IMG/VR virus record: IMGVR_UViG_3300045973_000169
Span: 1 to 64,000 of that record
Reading direction: 5' to 3' (one strand)
Length of the DNA: 64,000 nt
Below are positions 10,415 to 20,769 of the stretch, in pieces. Position numbers and translations under genes: made by a program. The notes below the pieces were generated by a model. It made no database searches. It saw only the letters and a program-made list of their open reading frames with translations, and was not told where the DNA came from. Position 1 is the first letter of the stretch; every line of letters begins with the position of its first letter.

Positions 10415-11224
10415 TTACTCCCCAATTTCTTCTTTATAATCTTCATCTTGTAATGGATTTAATAAATTATCTCTAACTTCATCTTTATCTATAGAATTTT
10501 TCATTTTTTCTTTGATAGAAGCCTTAAGAGATGACATAATTTTAGAAGGTCCCTCTCTAGTTTCTTTTAGAGCAGCCTGTTTACGCCATTTTTCTTTTCT
10601 AGTAGCTGTGAATTCTTGTAGAATCTGTAATTTTCTCTTTTGTACGCTCTCTTTTATAGTTAGAGCATAAGAAACTTCTTCAGCCTCTACAATTTCTCCT
10701 TGCTTATCAAGTCCAACTACCCTAGTCCAAGTCATATTAGTATGACTGTTAGATAAAATAGCATTACATCTATACTCTAATACTTCATATTCTACAAGCA
10801 TATTAATTAATACCATTTCTGGCATATTCTCAACATCTACTTCTAAGGATTTAAGATATTCATCCATATAGAACATTAGCATATAGTTCTCATGGAAACA
10901 TTCTTTACCTTCAGGACATATATCATCTTCATATAGAGTGCATCTATTCTTATATAGACAATTATCTTTCTTACAGACAAGAACTAAATTAGTAGCTGCT
11001 CCAGCAGATATATCTTTAAAAGCTCTAGCTAAACCTTTTACATTAGCAGGAGATAAAGCTATATCATTATATTGATTCATTCTTAAAGCTAAAACATTTC
11101 TAACTCTATCTAAGCCTGTATCGTTATCATTTAAGGCTAACATTACATCCCCTAAAGTAGCAGGAGCAGCGATATCTTTTGTAAATCCAGTTCCAGTTTT
11201 AGTCAAGTCTTGTTTATCTGACAT
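10415..11224 (-). CDS. Hypothetical Cys-cluster/coiled-coil protein (possible terminase small subunit)
   Basis: CxxxxC...C...C...C cluster and helical C-terminus, upstream of terL. The function is an inference. Confidence 0.35.
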   Translation of the reverse strand: MSDKQDLTKTGTGFTKDIAAPATLGDVMLALNDNDTGLDRVRNVLALRMNQYNDIALSPANVKGLARAFKDISAGAATNLVLVCKKDNCLYKNRCTLYEDDICPEGKECFHENYMLMFYMDEYLKSLEVDVENMPEMVLINMLVEYEVLEYRCNAILSNSHTNMTWTRVVGLDKQGEIVEAEEVSYALTIKESVQKRKLQILQEFTATRKEKWRKQAALKETREGPSKIMSSLKASIKEKMKNSIDKDEVRDNLLNPLQDEDYKEEIGE

Positions 11225-11529
11225 TCGGTAAATACCTTTATATACTGCTTAAGAAAGCCTTTTGGTTCTATAAAGAATTTTCTAGAATTTAATACTTGAG
11301 CTAACCATGCTCTTCCTTCTAGATATTCTTTGCAACCAACCTCTCTCTTATTTTTAGAAATTATTCTTTTTATTTCTGTTTCCTTAACTAAAGTAGGAAC
11401 TCCATCTAGTATACAGACAAAACTTTCTGTATTGTATCTGACACAAAGCGAATAATGCTTTACCGTTTTAAATTTATTTCTTATCCAATTTTTATCCCAA
11501 AGGATAATCTCGATAAAACATTGCTTCAT
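11203..11529 (-). CDS. Hypothetical protein
   Basis: ORF with GAGGTG SD. Confidence 0.55.
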   Translation of the reverse strand: MKQCFIEIILWDKNWIRNKFKTVKHYSLCVRYNTESFVCILDGVPTLVKETEIKRIISKNKREVGCKEYLEGRAWLAQVLNSRKFFIEPKGFLKQYIKVFTECQINKT

Positions 11530-11538
11530 ATCACACCT

Positions 11539-11955
11539 CTAGATCATAGGAGAACTCTCCTCGATTAAATAATTATCTTCATAACTTCTATAGTCTTCTT
11601 GTGAATTTAATGAACCATACAATTTAAAGTCTGTCTGGTTTATATAAGAGTCATATGCCATCCTACCAACATATGCTTGTACTGTTTTAACAGAACCCAT
11701 AGTTGATTTAAGAGTAGCTATAACCTCAAATGGCTTATGTATACAATATTCTAACTTACTGATAAAAGCCTCTATCCCATTCCTATTAACAATACTAAAA
11801 CAAAATATTTCATCACCAATTGTCTGTCTAGTCCAAAAACTATTCTCTATTAAGAAATCCATGTCTAACTCTGCAGTCTTATCATGGAAATAAAACTTTA
11901 TACTACTTACAGTAAACTCTTCCTTCATCCAATCTAAACTATTAATTGTTTCCAT
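11539..11955 (-). CDS. Hypothetical protein
   Basis: ORF in operon. Confidence 0.55.
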   Translation of the reverse strand: METINSLDWMKEEFTVSSIKFYFHDKTAELDMDFLIENSFWTRQTIGDEIFCFSIVNRNGIEAFISKLEYCIHKPFEVIATLKSTMGSVKTVQAYVGRMAYDSYINQTDFKLYGSLNSQEDYRSYEDNYLIEESSPMI

Positions 11956-11956
11956 A

Positions 11957-12724
11957 TTATTTTAAAAATAACCTCGTTTTTAATTCGTCTTTACATTCAA
12001 GTTGAGGATTCTGGTCAAATCCCATTTGGTCCATTCCAATATTAACTGCTAGTATAAGAGACTTAAGATCAATCTCAGAAGTCTGACTAGCAATATGTGT
12101 AAGCATATAACTTAAAGCACCTTGATATTCTTTATTAATATAAGCATCAGCACTAGTCTGATTAGACATACATCCACTAATAAGGATAATATCACCCATC
12201 TCAGTATTAGCATTAATCTCTTTAACTGAATCAGATATAGGATAAATATCTTTTCTTTCAGTTTCTTCTATTACCATAAATCTATTCTGTTTCTCTAAAC
12301 TAAAATCTCTAACTCCATCACCTGAATGACAACAGTCAAAGATAACATACATTAAAACACCTTTAGGCAATTGAGATAGAATAGAATAAATGTCATCATC
12401 TCTAATAACACCGAAAATATTATAATCATAAGGAACAATAGCTTCATCTAAATAATCAGCCTCTCCACCATTTATAGCAGCAACTTGACATCCATGTCCT
12501 GAATAATGCCATATAAGTATATCTCCACTAACAGAATCTTTAATTAGTTTCCTAAGTTCAGTTGTAATATTCTTCTGTGTAGCATGATCATCTTTAAGAA
12601 ATGTAATATCAGTATACCCATAAGATCTAGCAAGATCAATCATATGATCAACATCATTTAAGCATCCTCTAAGAGAAGATCCATGATAAGCATTAATCCC
12701 AACAAACAATCCTTTGTTAGCCAT
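11957..12724 (-). CDS. Metacaspase / peptidase C14 family protein
   Basis: VGIN.Y...LRGCLNDV, catalytic His HYSGHG, catalytic Cys DCCHSG, SGC...QTSAD, QNPQL; start MANKGL after GGAGGA. Confidence 0.9.
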   Translation of the reverse strand: MANKGLFVGINAYHGSSLRGCLNDVDHMIDLARSYGYTDITFLKDDHATQKNITTELRKLIKDSVSGDILIWHYSGHGCQVAAINGGEADYLDEAIVPYDYNIFGVIRDDDIYSILSQLPKGVLMYVIFDCCHSGDGVRDFSLEKQNRFMVIEETERKDIYPISDSVKEINANTEMGDIILISGCMSNQTSADAYINKEYQGALSYMLTHIASQTSEIDLKSLILAVNIGMDQMGFDQNPQLECKDELKTRLFLK

Positions 12725-12866
12725 TGTTATCCTCCAAAGCTTTCTTAATAATATCAATTAAACTAGGGCCAAACTTATATAGTTTATGTTTAGCTCCATA
12801 TGCCATGACCAAGTGATATAGCTCATCAGGGAAATCAATGGTCCTCTTAGTTAGTTTGTCTTTCAT
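12717..12866 (-). CDS. Ribbon-helix-helix-like DNA-binding protein
   Basis: KRTIDFPDELY...LIDIIKKAL pattern; first gene of the minus-strand operon; AGGAG SD. Confidence 0.55.
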   Translation of the reverse strand: MKDKLTKRTIDFPDELYHLVMAYGAKHKLYKFGPSLIDIIKKALEDNNG

Positions 12867-13181
12867 TAGGTCTCCTTTTAAACCGTTTGACTCGGCTCTC
12901 TTGATGTTAATAACGGTTTTCTTCTCGTACCTCACTTTAGTAATATTATAATATTTCTCTTATTAGGTTTAGAAATAATTTTATATAGGATTTGGTTTGG
13001 TATTTTATAGATTTTCAGTTTTAGTTATGTGGGATTTGGAAAAGTTATTTTTTACATATGGGTAGTTTGGAATGGGATTTAACATCCTAGTAGACTATAG
13101 GTGAGTTGGGGTATGGGACCCTAATTCATAAACCGGAACCCCGGTAGGGTAAGTGTTGTCTACTATGAAAGGAGATTCAAA

Positions 13182-13712
13182 ATGAAAGTACAATCAAAGG
13201 TAGTGTTCAATGATTCAGCAGCCGTTGTTGAGGTAACAGATGCGTTGTTAGTTAGATTAATCACTCTTGACATGCACTATGGGGCATACAAGCTTGTTAA
13301 TGGGGATTGGTCGGTACTGATATACAAGTCTCTTATGGACAGTGACCCAGTGGACACATACACATGTAATGGGGATCTATTTGATATGGAAGCATGTAGC
13401 AGTGCATGCCATGCATGTAAGCATAGTATACCGAATGCTGTGTATACAATGGACAATAGAGTAGCAGGACTACTAGCTGATGCTATGGGTGATATGAGTA
13501 AGACCACATCACGTAAGGATAGATACGATGTATTCTATACATACACTAAAGAACTTAACACTATGGACGAAGAGATAAATGTGCAGGTAGACAAGCAGTA
13601 TCATACCAGTAGTGCATGGGCTGCATGGCATGAGTATCACTGTGCTATACATCAAGTATGGACACTGCTATGGGATATGTATAGGGGTGTAGTACAGCAT
13701 AATAGAGCATAG
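13182..13712 (+). CDS. Hypothetical early protein
   Basis: AAGGAGA SD; first gene after the strand switch. Confidence 0.65.
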   Translation: MKVQSKVVFNDSAAVVEVTDALLVRLITLDMHYGAYKLVNGDWSVLIYKSLMDSDPVDTYTCNGDLFDMEACSSACHACKHSIPNAVYTMDNRVAGLLADAMGDMSKTTSRKDRYDVFYTYTKELNTMDEEINVQVDKQYHTSSAWAAWHEYHCAIHQVWTLLWDMYRGVVQHNRA

Positions 13713-14053
13713 GCAGGGTACCCTTAAGCCCTGTGCGTACATGTACTGCTAGTATAGGGTACATGTGGTGGGTATATAGGACAGTTGAGTCATCCATAAA
13801 GGACTCTTATCCTACAGTCAGGGAGGTGATATCATGACTCTCATGGATGTACTTGGCAATGATGCAGAGGACGTACTATGGGCGATAGGTAAGGCCCATG
13901 GGATGAACCCTATGGACAAGGTACAGCCACAAAAGAAAGAGAGTAGCATTACTGCTGAGTATCATAGGCAGTGCATGCACCCTGCTATAGATGAGGCTAT
14001 GGCAAGGGAAATGGGAATTGTGTAACATAACCAGAAACAAGGAGGATATAACA

Positions 14054-14359
14054 ATGAGTGACTTGATCATGGTAGTACTGGTAGAGTGGATCATGGTAGT
14101 GGGTGGGTACTGGTCAGTGGTACAGGGACAGGGGTACAGTGCATCGTGGTGTATACTGTTCGCTGTAGTAGCAGGTGTTGCTGCTGTATGCGTAGGTGTA
14201 TCAGAGAGGGCCAATGCGAGGTATTCTAAAGAGTTGATAGCTCGTATAGAGGAGAAACTCAAGGAAGAACACTACAATGTAACATCACTGTATAAAGGGG
14301 GGATGGACATAGCGTTTATGGAGCAGGAAGACATTAACAAGAAAGGGGAAAAATCATGA
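14054..14359 (+). CDS. Hypothetical membrane protein
   Basis: GGAGGA SD before ATG 14054; two hydrophobic segments. Confidence 0.55.
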   Translation: MSDLIMVVLVEWIMVVGGYWSVVQGQGYSASWCILFAVVAGVAAVCVGVSERANARYSKELIARIEEKLKEEHYNVTSLYKGGMDIAFMEQEDINKKGEKS

Positions 14360-14526
14360 GTATGTTCCTTATCAACAACGACAAAGTGAAGTACACGATG
14401 GATCAGGCCCTGGAGTTTGGGGAGATGTTGAAAGAGATGAATGGTGGCGGGCTTATCACTATTCGTCCATTGGCCTGTGGCGCTGGTTACGAAGTAAGTG
14501 TAGCATAACTAGAAAGGAGAAACAAA

Positions 14527-14838
14527 ATGAAAAAGAATAATCGCGGCTGGATCAGGGTATTCATTATGAGCATCGTCCTCTTGGCGATAGTACTCTGGCT
14601 TATCACCAGAGCTTTCCAGAAAGGCCACGTGTATTTCGATATGCGTGTTGACCCTTCGTTCGCGCAGACATCGTATCTTGGTGATACTCGGTTAGAATGC
14701 GAATGGACTGAAGGTGAGTCCTTCGCTAGATGCTACGATTCTATGACTGATCGAGGGAAACACAATCCAATACTGATAACCTTGACACCGGCGAAGCTCG
14801 AATGGTGCAGGAATGAGTTAATGAAAGGGAGGATGTAA
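14527..14838 (+). CDS. Hypothetical membrane-anchored protein
   Basis: AAGGAGA SD; N-terminal TM segment. Confidence 0.6.
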   Translation: MKKNNRGWIRVFIMSIVLLAIVLWLITRAFQKGHVYFDMRVDPSFAQTSYLGDTRLECEWTEGESFARCYDSMTDRGKHNPILITLTPAKLEWCRNELMKGRM

Positions 14839-14841
14839 ACT

Positions 14842-15447
14842 ATGAGAACTCTTATCTTTATCATACTGGGAGTACTGTTCGCTGATGTATTGGTTGGTTG
14901 TGGAGATAATGCAACTATCACTCAGCCTGAGCCTAAGCATACTGAGACCTATTCTATTACTACCATCAACACATCTCTCTCATCTGGGACTATTGTAGTT
15001 GAGGGCGGAAATAAAGAAATACATTGGGGTGAATCAAGAACTATCATTATCACTCCTAAACAGGGGATGAAGATCAACTCTGTTAGGTTAGATAATAAAG
15101 AGATATTACTACCAGGATCAGAGTTTGGGTTCTGTACAACGCTCACAGATATCAAAGAAGATTACATTATAACTGTCAGGTACTCATTTGATATCAAGTA
15201 CTATGACATAACAACAAGCTGCGGCCCTGGAGGAATCGTAGAGGTAAGGGGTGGACTAAGTACTCATATCGCTATGGGTAGCAACAGAGCAGTAGCTATT
15301 ATACCCTTTGCAGGGTATCGAATTAAGGTAATAAGAAAGGATGGTGAAGTAATAATCCCAGAAGATCCAAACACAGGCTATATGATTGTATTCACAGTCA
15401 TATCAACTTCACACAACATCAATGCAGAGTTCGAGGAGGTTAACTAA
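14842..15447 (+). CDS. Lipoprotein with two tandem InlB-B-repeat-like ('bacterial repeat') beta domains
   Basis: Lipobox LVGC; repeat Y.ITT....G.[IV].V.GG...I..G..R...I.P..G..I..[VI]R.D...I. Confidence 0.65.
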   Translation: MRTLIFIILGVLFADVLVGCGDNATITQPEPKHTETYSITTINTSLSSGTIVVEGGNKEIHWGESRTIIITPKQGMKINSVRLDNKEILLPGSEFGFCTTLTDIKEDYIITVRYSFDIKYYDITTSCGPGGIVEVRGGLSTHIAMGSNRAVAIIPFAGYRIKVIRKDGEVIIPEDPNTGYMIVFTVISTSHNINAEFEEVN

Positions 15448-15779
15448 TGGAAAAGCTTATTGGGTGGTTGATTGTGGCAGCAGGAGTGGAGTTTCGTGAG
15501 CTGGGGCAGTCTGCACAGCGTTGGACTGACATGGTGGCGATAGGTGGACGTTATCCTCTTGTTGCCTCACTGAATAAGGGCTTTGTTGTAGCTCGTATTC
15601 CCTGTATCATCAAGCAACAGGTGTCTGATGATATCATCATGGGTCAATTGGTCCCTCATACTGAACGCGATGAGGCGGCTAAAGGTGAAGAAACTTACTA
15701 TTACTATGAGATCCGTGATTACAATGTTAAGGATTTCAAGTACAACGATGCTGGTGATATCAGCATTGAACTCATCTAA
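15447..15779 (+). CDS. Hypothetical protein
   Basis: Coupled ORF. Confidence 0.55.
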   Translation: MEKLIGWLIVAAGVEFRELGQSAQRWTDMVAIGGRYPLVASLNKGFVVARIPCIIKQQVSDDIIMGQLVPHTERDEAAKGEETYYYYEIRDYNVKDFKYNDAGDISIELI

Positions 15780-15850
15780 CTGTAGTATCCGGCCAGATGG
15801 ACTCTACATCCATCTAAACTATCACTCTAACCAAACAAAGGAGAAACAAA

Positions 15851-16837
15851 ATGAAAACTATTATTATCATGCTTGCAGCAATTGAGTACGCAATTAACAT
15901 TGAAGATGGCGTTGCTATTACCGTGGAGAAGATCATGGATGCCCTCAGCAATAGGTTGGCTATTATCGATGGTATCCATAGCATCAATCCTAAAGGTAGC
16001 TGGATGCTCCCTGACCTCACGAGCCCTTACCCAAAGGAAAAGGGGGGAAGGACTTGGATGCGATTCACTGGGCTTAAGATCAAGAAGGAGAATGTCATCA
16101 CGCTTACTCCTAATGAGCAGAAATTATGGGAAGTTCGTGTCCAAAGCTGGTTAGACATAGCTAATGGGGTAACTACTAAGTTAGATCTTAGTTATGTTGT
16201 TACCCCTCCTGTTGTCCCCGAAGCTGATCGCCAGGATATCTTTACTGATAAGGATGGAACACAGTATCCTATTATATGGCATGCAAGCGCAAGAGGGCTT
16301 AATGCAAGGGTTGCATGGGAAGTAGAGTGCAGCAAGTGTACCACTAAGATTAAAGGCTATCGGCGTATTGCATCTAAGAATGGAGTGATCCCTGCTATTA
16401 CTGAACTTCAACCTTTCATGTGTGATGATGATGGTTGTGGTAATTCTGGCCGCAATTGGCTGTGCAAGGTACATATGCCATCGTTGGTTACTACAAACCA
16501 GTTGATCGAGGAAGCTCAGAAGCCTACATACATTGGGCAGATGAGTGTTAAACTCTTGAAGGAGCATTGCAAGGGTTTGGAAACACAGGTCCAGTTGGTC
16601 AAACAGCATGAAGAGCAGTACATCCAGGTTATTGACGAACTCGAGAAATCGGTTAAGCGTCTCGAGAAAGAGGTCCTGTCAATAGTCACCGCCAAGCAGA
16701 TGGTTGATGAGTTGGAGTCTTACTGTCAGACTCTGATTGTCAATCCTAACAAAGATGATGCTTCTGACCAGAAGATTGGGATCCTTGTCCGCTTGATTCA
16801 CCACTCAAGGGCTTGGATGTTGAAGGTGACGAAATAA
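15851..16837 (+). CDS. Hypothetical protein with CxxC motifs and a C-terminal coiled coil
   Basis: AAGGAGA SD; CSKC and CDDDGC motifs; heptad-rich tail. Confidence 0.65.
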   Translation: MKTIIIMLAAIEYAINIEDGVAITVEKIMDALSNRLAIIDGIHSINPKGSWMLPDLTSPYPKEKGGRTWMRFTGLKIKKENVITLTPNEQKLWEVRVQSWLDIANGVTTKLDLSYVVTPPVVPEADRQDIFTDKDGTQYPIIWHASARGLNARVAWEVECSKCTTKIKGYRRIASKNGVIPAITELQPFMCDDDGCGNSGRNWLCKVHMPSLVTTNQLIEEAQKPTYIGQMSVKLLKEHCKGLETQVQLVKQHEEQYIQVIDELEKSVKRLEKEVLSIVTAKQMVDELESYCQTLIVNPNKDDASDQKIGILVRLIHHSRAWMLKVTK

Positions 16838-17154
16838 TGGAAGAGACAGATCCTTGTACCCATTGTACACGCCCGTTCTGCTATGGGTGTGAATACCAAC
16901 TTAAAGGAGGTGATTAAAATGCCGTGGAGCTTGACCTACTTCTTCTTGTGTAGGCATTGTCACTATATGGATGAGATTCCTGCTCATTCATTGCCTGTAC
17001 ATGATGGTTGTCCCAAGTGTGGGGCAATCGGCTTCAGGAGACAGGTGCTTGAGGATGATCAGTTGGTTGATTTCAATCCTAAGAAGCATGTGAAGTAAAC
17101 AAACGTTCTGAGCAGGACGTTAAAAGGCTCATACTTAAATAGAGGAGATATATC

Positions 17155-20100
17155 ATGAGTAAGATCAATCGGAACCAATTGGTAACATTGGCCCAGCAGT
17201 TTGGTTTGTCATGGACTAAAAGCAAAACAATGTCATGCGATGATGTGTTGGCATTCATCGTTAAGGCTGGTGGTACTGTTGAAGAGGAACTTGACCGGTG
17301 CCATGAGCATGAAGCATTCGCAAAAGATGGCAAACTCTGCTCCTTGCTGCTCAAAGCAAAGGCAGAGAAAACAAAGGGCAAAGGCCCTAAAAAGGAGGCT
17401 CCTATGACCAAGGAGCATTACGACCCGATGGTGGAAATGAAGCGCCTTCTCGCTGAACAGGAGAAAGGTACGATTGTGACAACTGAGGAGCTGTTGACCT
17501 CTACGTCACCTACTGAGGTGAAAGATGTCAGGACAGGTAAACGCTTCACTCTGATCACTGGAGAGGAAGTCAATGCCTCTGAACAGGTAATGATGCCCGG
17601 TATCCTCGTTAAGCTGTACAAACAGGGTGAGGGTTTCATCATCCGTTTCGAGGATGGTGAGGTACCTATCGGTATCCATGCCATAAACAGGTATGGGGCT
17701 GCAACGATGAAGAATGAAGATGGGACTAATGTCTTCAAACTCATCCGCATTCAGCTCATTGACCCTCAGCTCAGGATCGAGGCTACCAAACAGTGCATCA
17801 GCAAGTTGCACGACCATGGGATGGAGAAGTATGGCCGTCCTCTGTACCCTATCTTCTGGCATTCCGATACCAAAGATATGAAGGGTCTCGTTGGCTTCAA
17901 AGAGGATTTCGATAAGCTGTTGGGTGTCGATATCTTTGCTGGCAAGGATCCGGTCAAGCTCATTGGCTATGATACTCCTACACGTATCATGGTGGCAAAC
18001 TGCACTAAGAACAGTCTCAGGTTCTTGGTTGTTAATCCTGTTGGCCCCAACGGTGAGGCTTACTGCGATGGGCAGGCATACATGAACTTCGAGTTCAAGT
18101 ACATCAAGTGGCTGTCCACAAAGGAAAAGGAAGCTGGGAAAGAGGCTCAGTGGAAGAAAGAGGATACCATGCAGTTCAGGTGCTTCTCTCCTCTGTTCAT
18201 GAAGGGTCAGCAGCTCCTTGGTTGGCAGTATGTCCACGATATCTGCCATTCGTACAACATCGAGAACTGGCAGGACTACGATGGTGTGGTCAACCTCGAT
18301 GTCATGAAGACTAACCCTAATGGCCTGAAACATGGGGATAGCTTCGAAGTCAATCCGATGGATATCAGTATCGTTAACATGATCACTGAGAATCCTTCAT
18401 CCTCTGCTGGTGTGCAGTTGGTCACTCACAAGCCAAGTGTTGTTTGTGCTTTGGCTGATGAGATGGGTGTTGCCGAGAACGGTAAGACCTTCCGTGGTAT
18501 TCTGGATGGCAATCTCGATGACGTCTATAAGATGCTCATGTCCTCCAAGGTTAAGTCCATGGAAGACTCTGACATCGCTCCTGCTATGTTCTTGGGTATG
18601 AGTGTACCCAATGGCAAGGGTAGCTGGCGTCCTCTCGCTATCAAGAGCATCAGGGATCGTGAAGCTGCTCGTATCACGAAGTTCTACCAGACTGATGTGC
18701 TCAAGATGCAGACGTCCGAGTTGGCTCTGTACTCCTGCGCTACACCGGTTATCATCAAGGATGCTAAAGGTAATCTCCGTGATTGCCTGTCAGTATTCGA
18801 GCGCTACACTCTGGAGAATGATGGGAATGCAGTTAACTATGTTATTCTCCCCGATGATATCGCTTTCATCCGCAAGTGGGTAGCCAAGAAGTGCAGGAAC
18901 TCGATGCGCCATCCGGTGGTTGGTATTGGTTCTATTCAGGAGGATACTAATCTCCCTAAGTATTTCGTCGATGAACTCATTCAGATGGGTTTCAAGTCCA
19001 TCTATACGATCAATGTGGATGGTGTCGATTATGCTGTCCATCCTGCTAAACACGGGATTCTTATCTCCTATGATCGGGCAATCGCTCAGAATGGGGACTT
19101 TGATGGTGATATGCAGTATTTCATCATCAGTGACACTGCCAAGTTCGGTGTTGCAAAGATGCCCGAGATCACCATCGACATGGAAGACACTGGCAAAGAG
19201 ATCGATGCCTACAACCACAACGTGTACCACAAGTTCCTGTTGTACAAGTATGTGCAGGTTATCAACTCTCAGCCTCTCATTGGCTTGGTTGACCTCTTGG
19301 TACGTCGTATCATCGAAGAGAATAGGCTCAACAACAAGGGTCTGTCCGTTGCTCAGTACATGAAGTTGGCTCTCATCAGGGAGTCCATGATTCAGGGCAG
19401 GAAGCATCTCACCGATGATATGGACTTGGATAACCCTCCATCCGTGGATGAGGTCTACAAGAACATCAGTGAGCGTTTGATTCGCACGTATCACTGGGCT
19501 GGGAAGATGAATCCCAAGGGTGCTGCTGCTCCTGCTACGCACAAGCTGAAAGTGTTTGGTGCATCTGGTACTGGCATCAGGGCAACTTCAAGCTTCCAGG
19601 CTGTTCAGAACATTGTTGAATTGGTTCCTACAGCCAAGCGCCAGCCTAATTACTCCTTGGACCCTTACTCCAAGGGCTGGGATGAACTGATTGGTGCTCA
19701 GTACATGTACCACAATGAGGATGCTGTTTACTGGATGACCAAGTTCGATACCCTTTGGACTGCTCTTCAGAAGGGCAATAGCACCATCCTCGGTGTTGAA
19801 GTATCTGCCAAGCGTATCATCAGTGTAGTTTCGTTCTGCCACTACTTGGTGTACGGTAACTCTGGCAAGACCTGGTTGGGTTACACTGCAAGTGCACGTG
19901 ACCTGCTCTCTATCAGGGATGAGAATGTTCAGCGTCAGGCATTCTTTGACCTCAACAAACAGATCGATGCTCTCGTTGCTGGATTCGTTGAGGAGCAGTG
20001 TGGTCTGGACCCTCACCGTCAGGATCTGCTCAAGAAGATGTTGACCATTTACTTGGGTAAGATTGGCTTCGGTGGTCGCTTGGGCAAGGGCATTTACACT

Positions 20101-20247
20101 CTGCCTGATAATGGTGGTATCATTGGTCATTCTGGTGGTTGCTTCTGGCGTATGAAAGCCAAGTACATCATCTGGGTTGCCAAACTCATCCATCCCAATA
20201 ACCCGATGCTGGACCGTCTCATCGACGATTACAACATCAAGATGTAG
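17155..20247 (+). CDS. Single-subunit double-psi-beta-barrel RNA polymerase (YonO / eukaryotic RdRP-like)
   Basis: Catalytic NGDFDGDMQY preceded by MRHP; upstream CDGQAY and QFR...MKG motifs in the same order as DG / QxR..KG / RxP / DxDGD in QDE-1-type polymerases; GAGGAG SD. Confidence 0.85.
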   Translation: MSKINRNQLVTLAQQFGLSWTKSKTMSCDDVLAFIVKAGGTVEEELDRCHEHEAFAKDGKLCSLLLKAKAEKTKGKGPKKEAPMTKEHYDPMVEMKRLLAEQEKGTIVTTEELLTSTSPTEVKDVRTGKRFTLITGEEVNASEQVMMPGILVKLYKQGEGFIIRFEDGEVPIGIHAINRYGAATMKNEDGTNVFKLIRIQLIDPQLRIEATKQCISKLHDHGMEKYGRPLYPIFWHSDTKDMKGLVGFKEDFDKLLGVDIFAGKDPVKLIGYDTPTRIMVANCTKNSLRFLVVNPVGPNGEAYCDGQAYMNFEFKYIKWLSTKEKEAGKEAQWKKEDTMQFRCFSPLFMKGQQLLGWQYVHDICHSYNIENWQDYDGVVNLDVMKTNPNGLKHGDSFEVNPMDISIVNMITENPSSSAGVQLVTHKPSVVCALADEMGVAENGKTFRGILDGNLDDVYKMLMSSKVKSMEDSDIAPAMFLGMSVPNGKGSWRPLAIKSIRDREAARITKFYQTDVLKMQTSELALYSCATPVIIKDAKGNLRDCLSVFERYTLENDGNAVNYVILPDDIAFIRKWVAKKCRNSMRHPVVGIGSIQEDTNLPKYFVDELIQMGFKSIYTINVDGVDYAVHPAKHGILISYDRAIAQNGDFDGDMQYFIISDTAKFGVAKMPEITIDMEDTGKEIDAYNHNVYHKFLLYKYVQVINSQPLIGLVDLLVRRIIEENRLNNKGLSVAQYMKLALIRESMIQGRKHLTDDMDLDNPPSVDEVYKNISERLIRTYHWAGKMNPKGAAAPATHKLKVFGASGTGIRATSSFQAVQNIVELVPTAKRQPNYSLDPYSKGWDELIGAQYMYHNEDAVYWMTKFDTLWTALQKGNSTILGVEVSAKRIISVVSFCHYLVYGNSGKTWLGYTASARDLLSIRDENVQRQAFFDLNKQIDALVAGFVEEQCGLDPHRQDLLKKMLTIYLGKIGFGGRLGKGIYTLPDNGGIIGHSGGCFWRMKAKYIIWVAKLIHPNNPMLDRLIDDYNIKM

Positions 20248-20769
20248 TATTGTCTCGTAGTATAATGGTTTGGTAGTAATATCCTTAAAACTACCAATAT
20301 ATTAGGAGGTAAGTATGTCAGACAGAATGTTTAAGCACGATATTTGTTTGCCAATAGGTGATTGCGATGATGATATAGGTGATTTCTTTAGTACTCTTGG
20401 CTGGGTTATTTATTTATCTATCCCAGCATTTGAAGGGATGGTTATCCAATTTGAGAATGGTGAACACTTAATGTTCTATGTTAAAGACATCATATACTCT
20501 TACTGGAAAAATACAGCTGTAATAACGCTAGTTAAATACAGAGGGAGTTGCTCCCCATACAAGAAAGGAGTATGATATGTCAAATAACTTACGTGAACGT
20601 TTTATTGAAACATATACGACATTATCTCTTTTAGTTAGAGAGTTTTATGGTGGTCGGCGTGTATCTAATAAAAGGAGGAAATCATGATTGAAGTTCACTT
20701 ATCGTTAATGGGGTGGTATTACGTTGTGATACCTATTTGTGCTAAAGTATCTGTTTATCTGATCTATTA

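Noticed and set aside
17506-20193. Long antisense ORFs (275, 250 and 201 aa) opposite the RNA polymerase gene
   Set aside because: Shadow ORFs expected from the strong codon bias of the sense gene; no SD or recognisable motifs.
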